A stretch of 64,000 bases of DNA from Nitrospirota bacterium (GCA_035623825.1 DASPSR010000007.1:224603-288602), one strand, 5' to 3'; numbered from the stretch's first letter, positions 31,235-40,948 are shown. Notes: generated from the sequence alone by a model not told the origin. Translations and numbers: made by a program.

Positions 31235-32134
31235 ATGAAAATCGGCTATATCGGCTTGGGTAAGATGGGTTTCAATATGGTAGAGCTTCTCCTGGAGCGG
31301 GGGTACCAGGTAGCGGCGTATGACAGTAGTGTGGAGCCCGTTCAAAATATCGCAAAGCGAGGTGCAATACCTGCGGACTCGGTCCGTGCTCTCGTCACGG
31401 CTCTCGCGCCGCCGCGACTAGTATGGATCATGGTCCCGCACCAGGTCGTTGACGCCGTTTTGAAGGAACTCGCGCCGCTCCTCGCAAAGGGCGATACCGT
31501 GGTCGATGGCGGCAATTCTCCGTACAGGGAGTCGATGCGGCGGGCAGGGGAACTTGAAGGAAAGGGCCTTGAATTTCTTGATGCCGGCGTGAGCGGTGGC
31601 CCGGCTGGTGCACGGACCGGAGCATGCATCATGGTCGGCGGCAAAGTGGAAGTCTTCCAGAAGTACGAGCCGCTTTTTCGAGACCTGTCCGCAGAAAACG
31701 GCTATGGATATATGGGAAAATCAGGAGCAGGGCATTTCGTGAAGATGGTCCATAATGGAATCGAGTACGGAATGATGCAGGCGCTGGCGGAAGGGTTTGC
31801 TGTCCTGAAAGCCTCCGACTTCGAATTGAACCTTGTGAAGATAGCAGACCTCTATAATCATCGGAGCGTCATCGAATCGAGACTTGCAGGCTGGCTTAAG
31901 AGCGCCTTTGAGCAGTTCGGCTCCAATTTGAAGGACATTTCAGGGTCGATTGCGCAGAGTGGAGAAGGGTCGTGGACCGTCGAGGCTGCGAAGGAACTCG
32001 GCATTCCTGTGCCGATCATCAAGGGTGCCCTGGATTTTCGCCTCCAGTCGCAGAAGAACCCGAACTACACGGGAAAGATCGTTTCGGCTCTCCGGCATCA
32101 GTTCGGCGGCCACGAAGTGAAAGACAAAAAATAG
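31235..32134 (+). CDS. gnd: 6-phosphogluconate dehydrogenase, short (YqeC-like) form
   Basis: GLGKMG, DGGNS, GHFVKMVHNGIEYG, SGEG.W, R.QFGGH. Confidence 0.92.
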   Translation: MKIGYIGLGKMGFNMVELLLERGYQVAAYDSSVEPVQNIAKRGAIPADSVRALVTALAPPRLVWIMVPHQVVDAVLKELAPLLAKGDTVVDGGNSPYRESMRRAGELEGKGLEFLDAGVSGGPAGARTGACIMVGGKVEVFQKYEPLFRDLSAENGYGYMGKSGAGHFVKMVHNGIEYGMMQALAEGFAVLKASDFELNLVKIADLYNHRSVIESRLAGWLKSAFEQFGSNLKDISGSIAQSGEGSWTVEAAKELGIPVPIIKGALDFRLQSQKNPNYTGKIVSALRHQFGGHEVKDKK

Positions 32135-32143
32135 GGGGTTCCC

Positions 32144-33007
32144 ATGAGACCACAGAACCTGAAAACGAGAATATTCCTGGATGGCGGAAATCAAGAAGAG
32201 ACAAAGCAGATCATTAATCTGCTAGGCTTTCTCGACGGGCAGACCACCAACCCCACGCTTATATCCAAGAATCCCGAGGCTCGCAAACGCCTCGAAAAGG
32301 GAAGCAAATTTAGTGAAAAAGAGATCCTCGACTTTTACCGTAGCGTTGTCAAGACCCTCTCCGGCTTGATCCCAAAGGGGTCGGTGTCCGTTGAGGTCTA
32401 TGCCGATGCTTCCACTTCCGCCGACACTATGCTCAGGCAAGGTAGGGAGATGTTCTCCTGGATACCGAATGCCCATGTCAAGTTTCCCACATCGCGGGAA
32501 GGACTCAGGGCCGCAGAAAGGGCCGTGAAAGAGGGACTCCGTGTCAACATGACCCTGTGCTTTTCTCAGGAGCAGGCCGCTGCCGTCTATGCGGCGGCTC
32601 GGAACGCAAAAAAAGGACAGGTGTTCGTCTCTCCCTTCATTGGCAGGCTCGATGACCGCGGCGAAAACGGGATGGATGTGATTGCCAACATCCTCCGCAT
32701 GTACGCGCAGGGCGACGGCCATGTCGAAGTTCTGACGGCAAGCGTAAGGAACATCGACCACTTTCTCTATGCGCTCAAACTCGGATCGGATATCATTACC
32801 GCACCTTATGAAGTATTAAAGAGCTGGGCAGAGAAGAAGATGCCGATTCCCGGCGATGATTATGTATATAATGTAAAATCATTAAGGCCCATCCCCTACA
32901 GGAATATTGATCTCGGTAATAAGTGGGAAGGCTACGACATCCGTCACGAGTTGACAGATAAAGGCATGGAGCGGTTCTCCGCTGATTGGAACGCATTGAT
33001 AGCTTAA
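32144..33007 (+). CDS. tal: Transaldolase family protein
   Basis: FLD, TTNPTL, SVEV, VKFP, N.TLCFS, SPFIGRLDD, ASVR. Confidence 0.85.
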   Translation: MRPQNLKTRIFLDGGNQEETKQIINLLGFLDGQTTNPTLISKNPEARKRLEKGSKFSEKEILDFYRSVVKTLSGLIPKGSVSVEVYADASTSADTMLRQGREMFSWIPNAHVKFPTSREGLRAAERAVKEGLRVNMTLCFSQEQAAAVYAAARNAKKGQVFVSPFIGRLDDRGENGMDVIANILRMYAQGDGHVEVLTASVRNIDHFLYALKLGSDIITAPYEVLKSWAEKKMPIPGDDYVYNVKSLRPIPYRNIDLGNKWEGYDIRHELTDKGMERFSADWNALIA

Positions 33008-33024
33008 GGAGAGCATGAGAGGCA

Positions 33025-34596
33025 ATGGACAAACATTCAGTTGATATCGCCACAGAAGAGGACCTGTCGAAGACAGCCCTCGCTCCAGAATACCAGATGA
33101 TCGAAAATTGCGAGATCGAGATCCCGCGGCCGGCTGCTCTGATCATCTTTGGAGCGTCGGGAGATCTGACGAAGAGAAAACTGTTCCCGTCGCTGTACCG
33201 TCTCTTCAAAAACAGGATGCTCTCAGATCAGTTTTTCATACTCGGAACGAGCCGCGTCGAGATGACGACGGAGCAGTTTCGCGCGGCAATGCTCGATGCA
33301 ATCAAAATTGCGTTTCCACGCGATTTCGACCAGCGAACATGGGAGAAATTTGCACCACTTGTCTATTACTCCACCTTCGACTACGGGGTTCCGGCATCCT
33401 ACGCCGTCAACCTCAGGGACAAGCTTCCGGAGCTCGAGAAGAGGCACCAGACGGGGGGCAACCGGATCTATTACCTCGCGATCCCTCCCACGGTGTTCGA
33501 AGAGGTCATCCACAACCTGGGAGCTGCAGGTCTGTCGCGCGGAGACAAGGGTTGCAGCCACATCGTGATCGAAAAACCCTTCGGCCATGACCTGACCTCG
33601 GCGCGAAAGCTGAACCGGCTAGTCCATACCTATTACAAGGAAAGCCAGATCTTTCGCATCGATCACTATCTTGCGAAAGAAACGGTCCAGAACATCCTCA
33701 TGTTCCGCTTCGCGAATTCCATCTTTGAGCCGCTCTGGAACGAACGGTACGTCGATCACATCCAAATAACGGCTACCGAAACAATCGGCATTGAGCACCG
33801 GGCCGGATATTATGAGGAAGCGGGAGTGATCCGAGACATGTTCGGGAACCACGTATTGCAGCTGCTATGCCTCACTGCCATGGAACCACCTGCTGTATTC
33901 ATCGCTGACCGAGTGCAGGATGAAAAGGCCAAGGTCCTGCGGTCCATGAGGCGGTTCCACCTTGATGCACTGGGTGATCATCTCGTGATCGGACAATACG
34001 CAAAGGGGGAGGTCAATGGACAGGAGATTCCCGGATACCGCGAAGAGAAGGGGGTAGCCAAAGGGTCGATGACACCAACGTTTGCCGCCATGAAAATCTT
34101 CATCGACAACTGGCGCTGGCAGGGTGTTCCCTTTTACCTGCGCTCGGGCAAGCGGCTGACGAGCAGGAAGACAGAGATCTCAATTCATTTTAAGGAAGTA
34201 CCTCACTCGATGTTTCCCGATTCCGTCAGCGGTCCCATTGAGCCGAATGTCGTCGTGTTGAAGATTCAACCCGACGAAGGCATGAGCCTCACGTTCCAAA
34301 CCAAGCAGCCGGGGACAAAGGTCTGTTTGACGCCAGTACAGATGGCCTATTCCTACCCTCGGGGTGTGCTGCTTGATGCGTATGAATGGGTGCTGTTGGA
34401 CTGCATGCTCGGTGATCATATGCTGTTCATGAGGGAAGATAGCGTGGAGCTTGCGTGGTCGGCGTTCACCCCCGTTCTCGATGCGATCGAATCGAAAAAC
34501 CGTATGCCCCTTGCGGTATACGCCGCGGGGTCGAACGGACCCGATGAGGCCGTAAGCTTAATTGAAAAGGACGGGCGCGCGTGGAGGCCGCTGTGA
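33025..34596 (+). CDS. zwf: Glucose-6-phosphate dehydrogenase
   Basis: GASGDL, EKPFG, RIDHYLAKE, RW.GVPFYLRSGKRL. Confidence 0.96.
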   Translation: MDKHSVDIATEEDLSKTALAPEYQMIENCEIEIPRPAALIIFGASGDLTKRKLFPSLYRLFKNRMLSDQFFILGTSRVEMTTEQFRAAMLDAIKIAFPRDFDQRTWEKFAPLVYYSTFDYGVPASYAVNLRDKLPELEKRHQTGGNRIYYLAIPPTVFEEVIHNLGAAGLSRGDKGCSHIVIEKPFGHDLTSARKLNRLVHTYYKESQIFRIDHYLAKETVQNILMFRFANSIFEPLWNERYVDHIQITATETIGIEHRAGYYEEAGVIRDMFGNHVLQLLCLTAMEPPAVFIADRVQDEKAKVLRSMRRFHLDALGDHLVIGQYAKGEVNGQEIPGYREEKGVAKGSMTPTFAAMKIFIDNWRWQGVPFYLRSGKRLTSRKTEISIHFKEVPHSMFPDSVSGPIEPNVVVLKIQPDEGMSLTFQTKQPGTKVCLTPVQMAYSYPRGVLLDAYEWVLLDCMLGDHMLFMREDSVELAWSAFTPVLDAIESKNRMPLAVYAAGSNGPDEAVSLIEKDGRAWRPL

Positions 34597-35348
34597 CCGG
34601 AAGGCCGGAAGCAGGGGTCCGAGTATTCAAGGACGAGGAAGAGTTGAGCCGAGCTGCTGCAGAATTCTTTAGGGAGGTCGCACAGGAAAGCATCATCGCA
34701 CACGGAAGATTTGCTGTAGCCCTCTCGGGAGGATTTACACCTCGACGGTTCTATTCCCTTCTGGGGTCGCCCTCGTATCGCGATGTACTGGACTGGTCCC
34801 GAATACATATCTTCTGGGCAGACGAACGATGCGTCCCACAAGACCGGCCCGAAAGCAATTACAAGCTCGTCTATGACGCATTTTTGTCGAACGTCCCCCT
34901 CCCAGCTAAAAACATTCACCGCATACGGGGAGAGGAGGAACCCGCTTACGCTGCGCTAACGTACGAAAACGAACTGCGAAGTTTTATCGACGGTCCTGGA
35001 ATGGTGGTTTTCGATCTCGTCATCCTCGGAACTGGCGAAGACGGGCACACGGCCTCCCTTTTCCCCGGATCTGACGCACTGCTTGAGAGAACGCGGCTTG
35101 CCGTTCCGGTCTTTCTCGACCAACCGAAGATAAACCGTGTCACACTTACGCTGCAGGTCTTGAATCATGCTGCGCAGGTCCTCTTCCTGGTGTCGGGGCG
35201 TGCAAAGGCCGATATCGTCCGGGACATCCTTGAAGGCGGCGAAACACAACGCTATCCGGCCGGACAGGTGAGACCGGTGAGCGGGGAAGTTGCCTGGTTC
35301 ATTGACCAGCAAGCAGCAGGGAAATTGAGGGACTGCGGCTGCACATAA
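34593..35348 (+). CDS. pgl: 6-phosphogluconolactonase
   Basis: ALSGG.TP, DERCVP, SNY, G.DGHTASLFP; GTGA overlap with zwf. Confidence 0.93.
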   Translation: MTGRPEAGVRVFKDEEELSRAAAEFFREVAQESIIAHGRFAVALSGGFTPRRFYSLLGSPSYRDVLDWSRIHIFWADERCVPQDRPESNYKLVYDAFLSNVPLPAKNIHRIRGEEEPAYAALTYENELRSFIDGPGMVVFDLVILGTGEDGHTASLFPGSDALLERTRLAVPVFLDQPKINRVTLTLQVLNHAAQVLFLVSGRAKADIVRDILEGGETQRYPAGQVRPVSGEVAWFIDQQAAGKLRDCGCT

Positions 35349-35430
35349 GCCTTTAGCAGGAAGGGTCTTGGCGATGCCCGCACTAGCGGTGTTTTTGTGA
35401 TAAAATTGATGGAAAGGAGGTGAAAACAGG

Positions 35431-35595
35431 ATGAAAAAGACGATGAATAAGAAAGTTCTCGCCAAAGAGGCTGCCTACTGGAACGCCATGAAACAGGTGG
35501 CGAAGCAGAATCCTGGTACGGTATGCCACAAATGAAAGGGCTGAAAGAGCTGAAGTTGCTGGTCAGCAACGAAACGGTTGGTTGCCGGCAGGTAG
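35431..35595 (+). CDS. Putative multi-selenocysteine RiPP precursor (54 aa if all three TGA are read as Sec; 40 aa if the third is the stop)
   Basis: SD AAGGAGGTGA at 35414-35423; MKKTMNKKVLAKEAAYWNAMKQVAKQNPGTVCHK(U)KG(U)KS(U)SCWSATKRLVAGR; TGA at 35533, 35542, 35551; SECIS-like hairpin; next gene is rSAM/SPASM. Confidence 0.7.
35555..35570 (+). promoter_or_regulatory. SECIS-like hairpin
   Basis: GTTGCT-GGTC-AGCAAC; resembles E. coli fdhF SECIS core GTTGCA-GGTC-TGCACC. Confidence 0.65.
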
Positions 35596-35656
35596 GGTGA
35601 CGTCTACGGCATGGTGAAATACAGCGGCGTTCACCATACCTGCCCTTCTTTCATTT
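35587..35656 (+). terminator. Stem-loop/terminator between precursor and maturase
   Basis: GGCAGGTA (35587-94) pairs with TACCTGCC (35637-44); inner ATGGTGAA/TTCACCAT; followed by T-rich CTTCTTTCATTT. Confidence 0.5.
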
Positions 35657-35687
35657 AATTTCCTCCTGTTGTTATCATTTCATTGCT

Positions 35688-36737
35688 ATGTCTATTGCGG
35701 CCAATAAGCCTTTCGATTTTTTTATTCAATGGCATCTTACGGAGATGTGCAATCTCTGGTGCAAGCACTGCTACCAGGGCGAGCGTAGCAGCGAGGAGTT
35801 GTCTCTACCGGAGGCGAAAGGAATCATCTCCGAAGTGTCTGCCATGCTCCAAGAATGGTCGAAAGCCTACGACGTCGCCTTCTCTCCAAGTTTCAATATT
35901 ACTGGCGGCGAGCCGCTCTTGAGGCGAGATCTATTCGATATCCTTGGCGAGATCAACGGGAACGGCTTTGAAATATTTCTCCTGACAAACGGGACGCTGG
36001 TAGACTCGGTGCGGTCCCGGATGCTGGCTGAGTTGGGCGTCAAGGGTGTCCAGGTGAGCATCGAGGGTGGTGAAGAAGTTCACGACTCCATCCGGGGCGA
36101 AGGAAGTTTTGCCGCCTCTGCCGCAGGCATAGAACGTCTTGTCGATGCCGGTATCCCTGTCACGCTGAACGTCACGCTCTCCAATCTCAACGCAAGGCAA
36201 ATGAAAAAGGTCATAGCATTCGGCTCTCATGTCGGCGCCCGCAGAATCGGCTTTTCCCGCTTGGTACCTTACGGTAGGGGGAGGTCCCTGCTGCCACAGG
36301 CACTGGAGCCGGCACAGGTACGGGAGCTGTATGAGTCGCTCTGGTCTCTCGAAGTAAATAGTCTGGAGATTGTTACCGGAGATCCACTCGCATCACAGAT
36401 GAAGATACGATCCAACGGCGATGCGGGAAACATTGCAGTCTCGGGCTGCGCTGCGGGAGTGTCGGGACTGACGATTCTGCCTAATGGTAACGTCACGCCG
36501 TGCAGAAGGCTTCCTCTTTCCATCGGGAACGTGAGGAGGCACTCGCTTCGCAGGATCTGGGCCACGTCACCTGTGCTCGAAGCACTCAGGGACCGGAGCA
36601 GATACAAGGGAAAGTGCGGCGCCTGCAGCAGGTGGGCGCATTGCAGAGGCTGTAGGGCGATTGCATACGCTTTCTCCCGTTCCCGGGGATATGATGATTT
36701 TCTCTCTGACGATCCGCAGTGTTTCCTGGAACGGTGA
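35688..36737 (+). CDS. Radical SAM/SPASM domain protein (candidate peptide maturase)
   Basis: CNLWCKHC, TGGEPL, TNG; SPASM C-AAG...G.VTPC...CGACSRWAHCRGCRA...DPQC. Confidence 0.93.
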   Translation: MSIAANKPFDFFIQWHLTEMCNLWCKHCYQGERSSEELSLPEAKGIISEVSAMLQEWSKAYDVAFSPSFNITGGEPLLRRDLFDILGEINGNGFEIFLLTNGTLVDSVRSRMLAELGVKGVQVSIEGGEEVHDSIRGEGSFAASAAGIERLVDAGIPVTLNVTLSNLNARQMKKVIAFGSHVGARRIGFSRLVPYGRGRSLLPQALEPAQVRELYESLWSLEVNSLEIVTGDPLASQMKIRSNGDAGNIAVSGCAAGVSGLTILPNGNVTPCRRLPLSIGNVRRHSLRRIWATSPVLEALRDRSRYKGKCGACSRWAHCRGCRAIAYAFSRSRGYDDFLSDDPQCFLER

Positions 36738-36935
36738 AGGGCATGCAAATTTTGCCACAGTGATCGCAGAGGCCGTTCAGATGACCAATATAAAGGTTTT
36801 CTGAACGTCTAAATGAGAAACATAATAGTCTTGTGCCTCATTCACTAGGTAATTGAGTTTTCGATTACTGTTCTGGTTTTTGAGCTTATCCCCTCTACCC
36901 TTTGCCGTCCGCTGTTAATCGTCAGGAGGAGCCCT

Positions 36936-37901
36936 ATGGAAGCACTTGTCACCGGCGGCACCGGGTTTATCGGGAGCCATGTCATCGATCTCCTTCTCGC
37001 GCATGGTCATCGTGTGCGACTCTTTTCGCGCAGGACCGAACTTCCGGCAAGTCTCGCCGAGAAGGGTGTTTCTCTGTTCCCAGGCGATCTCAGGAAGCCG
37101 GACTCGCTTCAGGACGCTATGAACGGCATTGACGTGTTTTATCATGTCGGGGAAATCAGGAACACATCGCCCCGTGCCGCACAGCAGAATGTCCGTTTCG
37201 TGGAACAAGCGATCGACCATCTCGCGCTGTCAGGAGTCAAGCGATTTGTATTCATAAGCTCCATAGGCGTTGCCGGCGTTCCTTCCCGGACACCTGCCGA
37301 CGAGGAAACAGCGCCTAAGGTCACGCTCAAGGATCATTATACGCGGTACAAAGAAAAGTGCGAGAAGCTTCTGGCAGAGCACATCACTGGCGTGGAATAT
37401 GCTGTTGTCCGCCCCGGCGTGGTTTATGGCCCGGGTTCGCGGTATCTCGGCAGCCTGTTAGCTGCGATAGACCGGCTCGGATCTATTGGCATACCTTTTA
37501 TTGGAAAAGGGAACAACATCGCGCCGCTCGTTCACGTGAGAGATCTCTCGCAAGCTGTATATCTTGCGGGCATCGAGAAGGATGCCGCAGGCCAGATCTT
37601 CAACCTTACAGACGGGTTCCGCCACAGCTGGTCGGATTTTTTCAATGCTATTGCCCTAGCACTGAACAAAAAACCGCGAATCCTTTCTTTCCCTCCTCTC
37701 ATGCTTGGGGTTCCTGCCCGATTTCTTGATAACTTGTCCGGGCTATTCAGAATACAAATGAGCCTGAACGCCTATGTCCAGTATGTCACAACAGATCTGT
37801 TGTTCGACAATGGCAAGGCACAGCGCCTCCTAAAGTGGAAGCCGGAATACACCTTGGCACAGGGAATCGAAGAAATGGTTCGGGAGTACCGGGAGAGATG
37901 A
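36936..37901 (+). CDS. NAD-dependent epimerase/dehydratase (extended SDR)
   Basis: TGGTGFIG, Y-x3-K (YTRYK), RPGVVYGP. Confidence 0.88.
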   Translation: MEALVTGGTGFIGSHVIDLLLAHGHRVRLFSRRTELPASLAEKGVSLFPGDLRKPDSLQDAMNGIDVFYHVGEIRNTSPRAAQQNVRFVEQAIDHLALSGVKRFVFISSIGVAGVPSRTPADEETAPKVTLKDHYTRYKEKCEKLLAEHITGVEYAVVRPGVVYGPGSRYLGSLLAAIDRLGSIGIPFIGKGNNIAPLVHVRDLSQAVYLAGIEKDAAGQIFNLTDGFRHSWSDFFNAIALALNKKPRILSFPPLMLGVPARFLDNLSGLFRIQMSLNAYVQYVTTDLLFDNGKAQRLLKWKPEYTLAQGIEEMVREYRER

Positions 37902-38103
37902 AACTTGTGGAAACCGCAGCCGGCGCCGCTGGCGCAGCTTAGATACGGGACAGTATCCTCGCTATGATACAGAGCGGAGCGCTAAAGCCGCATGAACTTG
38001 GCATATGGTGCTAGAGAATATCCTTTGATATGTTCATCATATACTGAGTACCGAGATACAGGACGTCGCCGCGACTAACATGAAAGAAAGGCAGGTGCTG
38101 ACC

Positions 38104-38613
38104 ATGGATGCTTTAACGACGATTTTTTCCCGAAGGAGCATCCGGCTCTACACCACAAAATCCGTGTCCCGGGAGATGGTAGTGGAGATCTTAAAGGCCG
38201 CGATGAGCGCTCCGTCTGCAGGGAACGAGCGGCCTTGGCACTTCATAGTTCTCACCGACCGTGCTATCCTTGATGCAATCCCGAAATTCCATCCATATTC
38301 CGCGATGCTGAAACAAGCGCATGTGGCCATCCTGGTCTGCGGGGATATGACGCTTGAGAAGCACGAAGGTTACTGGACGCTGGACTGTGCCGCAGCCACA
38401 GAGAATATCCTCCTCGCGGCCCATGCCAAGGGACTTGGCGCGGTCTGGTGCGGAGTCTACCCCACCAAGGAACGAGTCGCGAATCTTAAGAAACTGTTAA
38501 ATCTGCCTGGGCATATCGTGCCTTTCTCGCTTATTCCGCTTGGCTTTCCCGCAGAAGAGAAGCAGACGCAGGACCGGTTCGACGGCTCTCGCGTGCACGA
38601 GAACCGGTGGTAG
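38104..38613 (+). CDS. Nitroreductase family protein
   Basis: RRSIR, APSAGN.RPW.F, N.LLAAHA.GLG.VW, LG.P. Confidence 0.92.
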   Translation: MDALTTIFSRRSIRLYTTKSVSREMVVEILKAAMSAPSAGNERPWHFIVLTDRAILDAIPKFHPYSAMLKQAHVAILVCGDMTLEKHEGYWTLDCAAATENILLAAHAKGLGAVWCGVYPTKERVANLKKLLNLPGHIVPFSLIPLGFPAEEKQTQDRFDGSRVHENRW

Positions 38614-38917
38614 CAAAAAACGGAACAGATAGACCTCGCGAAAGAGGCGGCCGGTGCGAACGAGATTTAGCGAGCGTATTCGGCCGGGCCTGGAATATAC
38701 TGCGGCATGCAACCCGGAACAGAGGCAAAAAACGGCAGGTCTGCCGTGTTGCGGAATTTGACGGAACAGTTTTCACCTGGTGACAGGATTTGTTTCCTCC
38801 AAAAGTTCTAAGAAGCCAGGAAGAGCCCGCAAGCTCGCCCGATTTTATTTTTATACGCATGACATTTTGGTTTTGTCCGCCACAGAAGCCTTGTGCGCAA
38901 CGAAAAACCAATTTCCG

Positions 38918-38946
38918 TTGACAACTTTTGGGTAGTGTGCTATCTT
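38918..38946 (+). promoter_or_regulatory. sigma70-type promoter of pal
   Basis: TTGACA, 17 bp, TG-c-TATCTT (extended -10). Confidence 0.6.
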
Positions 38947-39047
38947 AACATCAACAGCTCATACAGTCCAATATTCGCTTCGTTTCTTGTTTTTGCTTTT
39001 CCAGTGATTTATACAGAATTATCATACTACATATGGAGGAGGATTTC

Positions 39048-39593
39048 ATGAAGAACAGAAGCGCATTATTACTCGTATTAATCTTGTCAATCAGTGTGAT
39101 GGCACTCTGGGGCTGTCCTAAAAAAGCTGAAGTGACTGCGGCGCCGGAGGCTCCGAAGGAAGCACCCGCACCTGCACCGCAAGAAGAGGCTAAGCCGGAA
39201 GCGGCTCCCGCGCCTGCGCCGGCGAAGGAGGAAGTCAAGGAGCGCGCTCCTGCCGCGGCCGAGGCGCTTCAGCCGATTTACTTCGATTTCGACAAATCAT
39301 TCATTCGTGACGATGCAAAGTCGGTTATGAAAGCCAACGCGGCGTGGCTTAAAGCTAATCCAAAGGTCAAAATTAAGATCGAGGGCAACTGCGACGAACG
39401 CGGCACGATCGAGTACAACCAAGCGCTGGGCCAGCGTCGTGCTGTAAGCGCCAAGAAGTATCTGACCGATATGGGCATCGCGGCCAGTCGCATCTCGCTC
39501 ATCAGCTACGGCAAGGAGAAACCTATTTGCAAAGAGAGCAACGAGACGTGCTGGCAGAAAAATAGGCGTGACGAATTTGTTGTGAGCGAATAG
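39048..39593 (+). CDS. pal: Peptidoglycan-associated lipoprotein Pal
   Basis: Lipobox LWGC, IYFDFDKS, IEGNCDERGT.EYN.ALG.RRA, ISYGKEKP, NRR. Confidence 0.95.
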   Translation: MKNRSALLLVLILSISVMALWGCPKKAEVTAAPEAPKEAPAPAPQEEAKPEAAPAPAPAKEEVKERAPAAAEALQPIYFDFDKSFIRDDAKSVMKANAAWLKANPKVKIKIEGNCDERGTIEYNQALGQRRAVSAKKYLTDMGIAASRISLISYGKEKPICKESNETCWQKNRRDEFVVSE

Positions 39594-39742
39594 AACTCAC
39601 TAAACGGCGTGGGGAGAGGGACGTGGCCGCGTTCTATAACTCCACGCCGTGCATTTTTGAAAGTATCTGTACATCGCTGTGCCTCGCGTTGATCGGACGC
39701 GTCCCTATCGAGCAATACCTGTCGGTACCTGTGCGAATCGAT

Positions 39743-40582
39743 ATGAAACCCAAGACACTTTTCATTCTTTCACTCTTAGTTGTTCTCATGGCGTGCGCGC
39801 CGCAGGCCGAGCTCGTGAAGACCAAATCCGAGATGTCCGGTCTGCGAGAGGACACAAAGACCACCAATGCACGTGTTCAAGAACTTCAGAAGCGCATCGA
39901 GATACTTGAAGCGAACACCAAGGATACGGGCGACGTGCAAAGGGTTATGGCAGACTACGGCGCCAAAACGGACCAGCTCACTACGGATATCCAGATCCTC
40001 CAAGGGAAACTCGAGGAAAACAACTTCCGCATCCAGGAATTATCGCAGAAGCTTGACGACAAGAGCTTCAAAATATCAGAGCTCTCCTCCCGAGTAGACG
40101 AGCTTGAGGCAAAAATTAAAACTACTGCGACCGGCACATCGGGTGCGATCTCAGGAGCATCCGGGACCGCCGCTGATAAGGACAAGAAATCCGCGCCGAA
40201 GGCAGTGGAACCGTCGGAGGCCTATCGTCAGGCAATGAACGACTATAACAGCGGCAACTTCGACCTCGCACTTGCCGGATTTCTGAACTATCTCACTCTG
40301 TTTCCTGAGACGAGTCAGGCGGATAAGGCACAGTACTGGGTGGGCGAGTGCTATTATGCCAAGAAGGATTTCCCGAAGGCAGTCGATGCCTTTTCAAAAG
40401 TGATTAAGACCTTTCCCAAGAGCGATAAGGTAGCGGGAGCTAAGCTCAAAATCGGTTATTCCTACCTGAACGAAAGAAACACATCGAAAGCCAAGGAGTA
40501 TTTAAACAAGGTTGTCAAGGAACATCCAGGAACCAAAGAGGCCCAGCTTGCCAAGGAAAAGCTGCGCAAGATAGGGAAATGA
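39743..40582 (+). CDS. cpoB: Tol-Pal protein CpoB/YbgF
   Basis: Lipoprotein signal, coiled coil, C-terminal TPRs (AQYWVGE.YY); directly after pal. Confidence 0.88.
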   Translation: MKPKTLFILSLLVVLMACAPQAELVKTKSEMSGLREDTKTTNARVQELQKRIEILEANTKDTGDVQRVMADYGAKTDQLTTDIQILQGKLEENNFRIQELSQKLDDKSFKISELSSRVDELEAKIKTTATGTSGAISGASGTAADKDKKSAPKAVEPSEAYRQAMNDYNSGNFDLALAGFLNYLTLFPETSQADKAQYWVGECYYAKKDFPKAVDAFSKVIKTFPKSDKVAGAKLKIGYSYLNERNTSKAKEYLNKVVKEHPGTKEAQLAKEKLRKIGK

Positions 40583-40948
40583 TGCTGGATTGCGGATGAC
40601 AATGACATCATTGATTCGCATCCCGCGGCACTCTGGTTGTCTTCATAGGGAAGTATTCACACAGCCCATACAACCCCCTCACGTTTTTGTGCAATCCTTA
40701 TTATTATGTAGGAAATGCTACATCCGCTGACGCAGGTGCTCCATCCGGTCAATCAGCCGATGGAAGGCTGCAGGAAGGCCGAGATATCCGTAGCGATGTC
40801 TCGAAAATCCACTGTCACGGCAATATCCTATCTCGGATGCGCTGGTAATTTGGTACATCGGGACTCACATTACAAAAGTTGAGAGTAATAAGATTGAGCT
40901 TTCGGCGAGAACGCACAAGAGTACAATTCCGGCGGTAACCTCGTTTTT

